A DNA stretch of 64,000 bases, taken from assembly GCF_001194135.2 (NCBI RefSeq), contig NC_068997.1, forward strand, positions 12,423,923-12,487,922, given 5' to 3'. Below, in pieces: positions 61,331 to 64,000 of this stretch. Numbering within the stretch: position 1 is the stretch's first letter; each line of letters opens with the position of its first letter. The notes under the pieces are model-generated. The model worked only from the letters and a program-made list of their open reading frames with translations, made no database searches and was not told where the DNA came from. The position numbers were made by a program, and so were the translations under genes. The DNA comes from Octopus bimaculoides. Lineage: Eukaryota.

Positions 61331-63214
61331 CCGCAAAGGCATTTTTTTCACGTCCTAATGGTTTTGTGAATTCACCACACTCTGCTCGGATATTCTGCAA
61401 AGAAAGTTTCTAGATTTTGGACGTAAGCATCTTCGAATTTGCAAGGACTACGAAGCTTTCCACGTCCTGAAGGGAGTGCTTCGTTGGCTGTAAATATTAT
61501 GAGTGGTGTTGTTTTGAGGAAGAAGTCTGTCAATTTTATGTTTGATGTAATCTCTTACGGATTCTCCTCAATCTACACAGCATTCCTCTCGTCCTTCTTT
61601 ATCTCATTCAGGGTTTCCAATAAAATTTTGCAATTGATTAGGCCAACTGTGAGGTCAAAGAACTTCAGGCGGTTAGGTACCCTTTCGTTAAGGACTTTCA
61701 ATCTCTTAATTGCCTTTTATCTGAACTCAACCTTGTTTGTTACATCCCCTCTTTCTTCTTCACTGTCTTCGACAGTGTTAAACCATTATCCTGTCTTTCA
61801 TCTCCGTAAGATGCTATGTTGGTTCTGGTGCTCGAAGACCCTTGTCAGTTCTGTACTTGGGTAAGAGAACCGTCTGTTTCTCGTCGGTCTTCGTCGGCAC
61901 CTGGTGCTGGTGGTCTTGAATGCGAGGCAAGTTCATTTGCTTCCCTGTGGCTCTTCCATACTTGAGATTGATGGTATTCTGAAAGTAGAGTAGCAGTGAA
62001 TACCGCAGGGACATGGAAGCGCCTCAGATAGTGTAATAGAAATTCATATGAAACTATCGAAGAAATAATGATGATGATGATGACGATTGTGATGATGATT
62101 TCAAACAGAATAATAAACACAGATTGCAACAGATCAAGCATTGAAGAGGACCTCACAGAAACGATAAAGAAAATAAAAGGAAAATGGGACGTAACATAAT
62201 CGATAAACATCGATCAAAGTAAACATCTGTTTCTGTTATACACGAACAAATAGCTTCATAAAATAATAAATAAATGTAAGAAGATCCCTGCAAGAAATTC
62301 TGTTCATGACAACAATCTACCTGAATATGAAAAGTGATGAGATCCGGGCTTGTCTGTAATGCGGTCAGACCTCCAAGAAAAAGGGGGGGGGGAAAGATTT
62401 GTGGTATACATGAACCGAGAAGAAAACAAAAGAAACTTTCCTCTCTAGATAAAGAAACAACAAAAAAAGTACAAACAAGAAGCTAAGCAGGATGAAGAGA
62501 AAGTATTTAGATGAGGAGACAATAAAAGGAAACGGTTGAACACATGTATAAACGACGTTCTGTACATAAAGTTTTCGTTCACAATGTTAAGATTCTTCTG
62601 TGATAAAATTAATGTCTGTTGTTGATTTGTATCTGATGGTGTTGTCAATTATGTATCCCGATGCAAAATTGGTATTAGTGCAGCTTGAATTATTTCTACA
62701 AAAGCCAGATTGTTAGTCTCTTAAAATGATTTCAGTTGTCTCCGTCATTATGTTTAACAACAATTAATGAAAGTAGTTCGCTGTTCGCCATAACTACAGA
62801 AACTACACTCTCGTTTGAACAATCACCACCTTATTTCTTTGACAGTTTCTCAATGACAAATGTTTTCCACTTTCTTGGTATTTTTCTATTATAGATCATG
62901 TTTCAAAGGATAAGCAAGCATTTCTCTTTCGTTTTCCCCCTCCATATTTAACAAGCTCACCAGTAACTCCATCTATACTAACAATTTTATTATTTTCCTA
63001 GATAATTTAAACAATCAGTTACCTGTAAAAGCTCGCCCGGTTCAGGTTGATTTTAACATCTCTTAGAAATGTTCCCTCCACCACCTCGCCCGTCTTTTCA
63101 TTTCGTTCTCTTCTTCCTTTAGACACTCGTCATTCTTGCCATTTACATGCATCCTCCCATTGTTGTTTCCACACCAATGCTATGTGATTCTTGAATAATT
63201 GCTACAGTAGCTGA

Positions 63215-63570
63215 AAAATAAATCAAATGAAAAATAAAGAAAGCTTCTAACAATACAGAAAGCTTTAAAATAAACACTTTATACTTCGGGCGTAAAACCC
63301 CTTTATACTTTGGGCGCAAACCCTTTTTGTACTTCGGGCGTAAAGGTTTATCTTCAAAAGAATACAGTCAAAGAAATGTGTATTTACATAGATCTTACCA
63401 TTTTGGATTGTCCGAATTCTAACACCAGGTTATCCAAAATGGCAGGAGCTATGTAAATACATCTTTCTTTGAAGATAAGCCTTTGCACCCGAAATGTATA
63501 GGTTTTTAAACCTTTCTGCATCGTTAGAAGCTTTCCTTATTTCTCATTTTATTCAATTTTCTACTTCTTT
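63215..63570. repeat. Foldback/MITE-like palindrome centred at ~63420
   Basis: Core 39-bp stem 63370-63408/63432-63470; outer arms e.g. AAAGCTTCTAACAATACAGAAAG vs the reverse complement of 63510-63532. Confidence 0.8.
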
Positions 63571-63599
63571 ATCACAATGCTTCAAGCGAACTACAACGC

Positions 63600-63965
63600 T
63601 CTTCTTGAGTTTTTACAGTACTTTCTGTGGTCTTCAATCCACTTTTCTTTATCTTCCAGGCAACGCTTCTTTATTTCTCCATCACAAAGTGCTTTATACG
63701 TTTCTTTAGCGTTATATACCTTTTATCTTTCTGCTCAGGTCACTTATCGCTAACCTTTCATGTCTTGGGACCTTATCATTACTCTCTCTCTTTTCCTCCC
63801 TTTTTTCTTCTTCAATTTTTACCTGTATCAACTTAAATGTTGTTGATTTTACTCCAATGTTTAACTATACCTGTTTCTGCAATTTCTGCGGTGCATCGGT
63901 TCTTAAGGTCTTGCTTCTACGATTTTATGACGTCACTTTCATTAAGTTTTCTAATATCAAAAGCT
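63600..63965 (-). mobile_element. Degraded RTE LINE relic (EN-RT linker region)
   Basis: FDIRKLNE..DLKNR..HWSKI..KK..KE and YKALCDGEIKKRCLEDKEKWIED, with stops. Confidence 0.6.
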
Positions 63966-64000
63966 TCTTCTCAGGCGTGGCTGTATGGTAAGTTGCTTGC

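Overview
AT-rich, microsatellite- and SINE-dense eukaryotic scaffold with about 12 N-gaps. The repeat families resemble octopus SINEs, so a coleoid cephalopod (probably Octopus) is inferred. Three spliced protein-coding genes were reconstructed by hand. (1) Mitochondrial ATP synthase subunit c (ATP5MC/ATP5G), minus strand: coding exons 4378-4334, 1486-1427, 318-229 and 95-<1, running off the window. (2) JAZF1 zinc-finger gene, plus strand, head-to-head with ATP5MC (ATGs 573 bp apart): coding exons 4952-5051, [exon 2 not visible], 15611-15702, 17555-17653, 19233-19326, 20399-20527 and 22574-23084, with a ~140-aa Q/P/S/T-rich C-terminal tail. (3) PSMD7/Rpn8, minus strand: six coding exons 56195-44471, 329 aa, convergent with JAZF1. 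The rest is several SINE families, RTE, Dong/R4-like and Penelope-like retroelement relics, hAT MITEs, foldback palindromes and VNTRs. The most notable unexplained signal is a type I hammerhead ribozyme motif with an intact catalytic core at 14157-14235 (minus strand, in a JAZF1 intron). It has the minimal, near-palindromic stem III described for Penelope-like-element hammerheads. Three decayed look-alikes and two Penelope RT relics lie elsewhere in the window. All alignments and folds were done by eye; none were computed.
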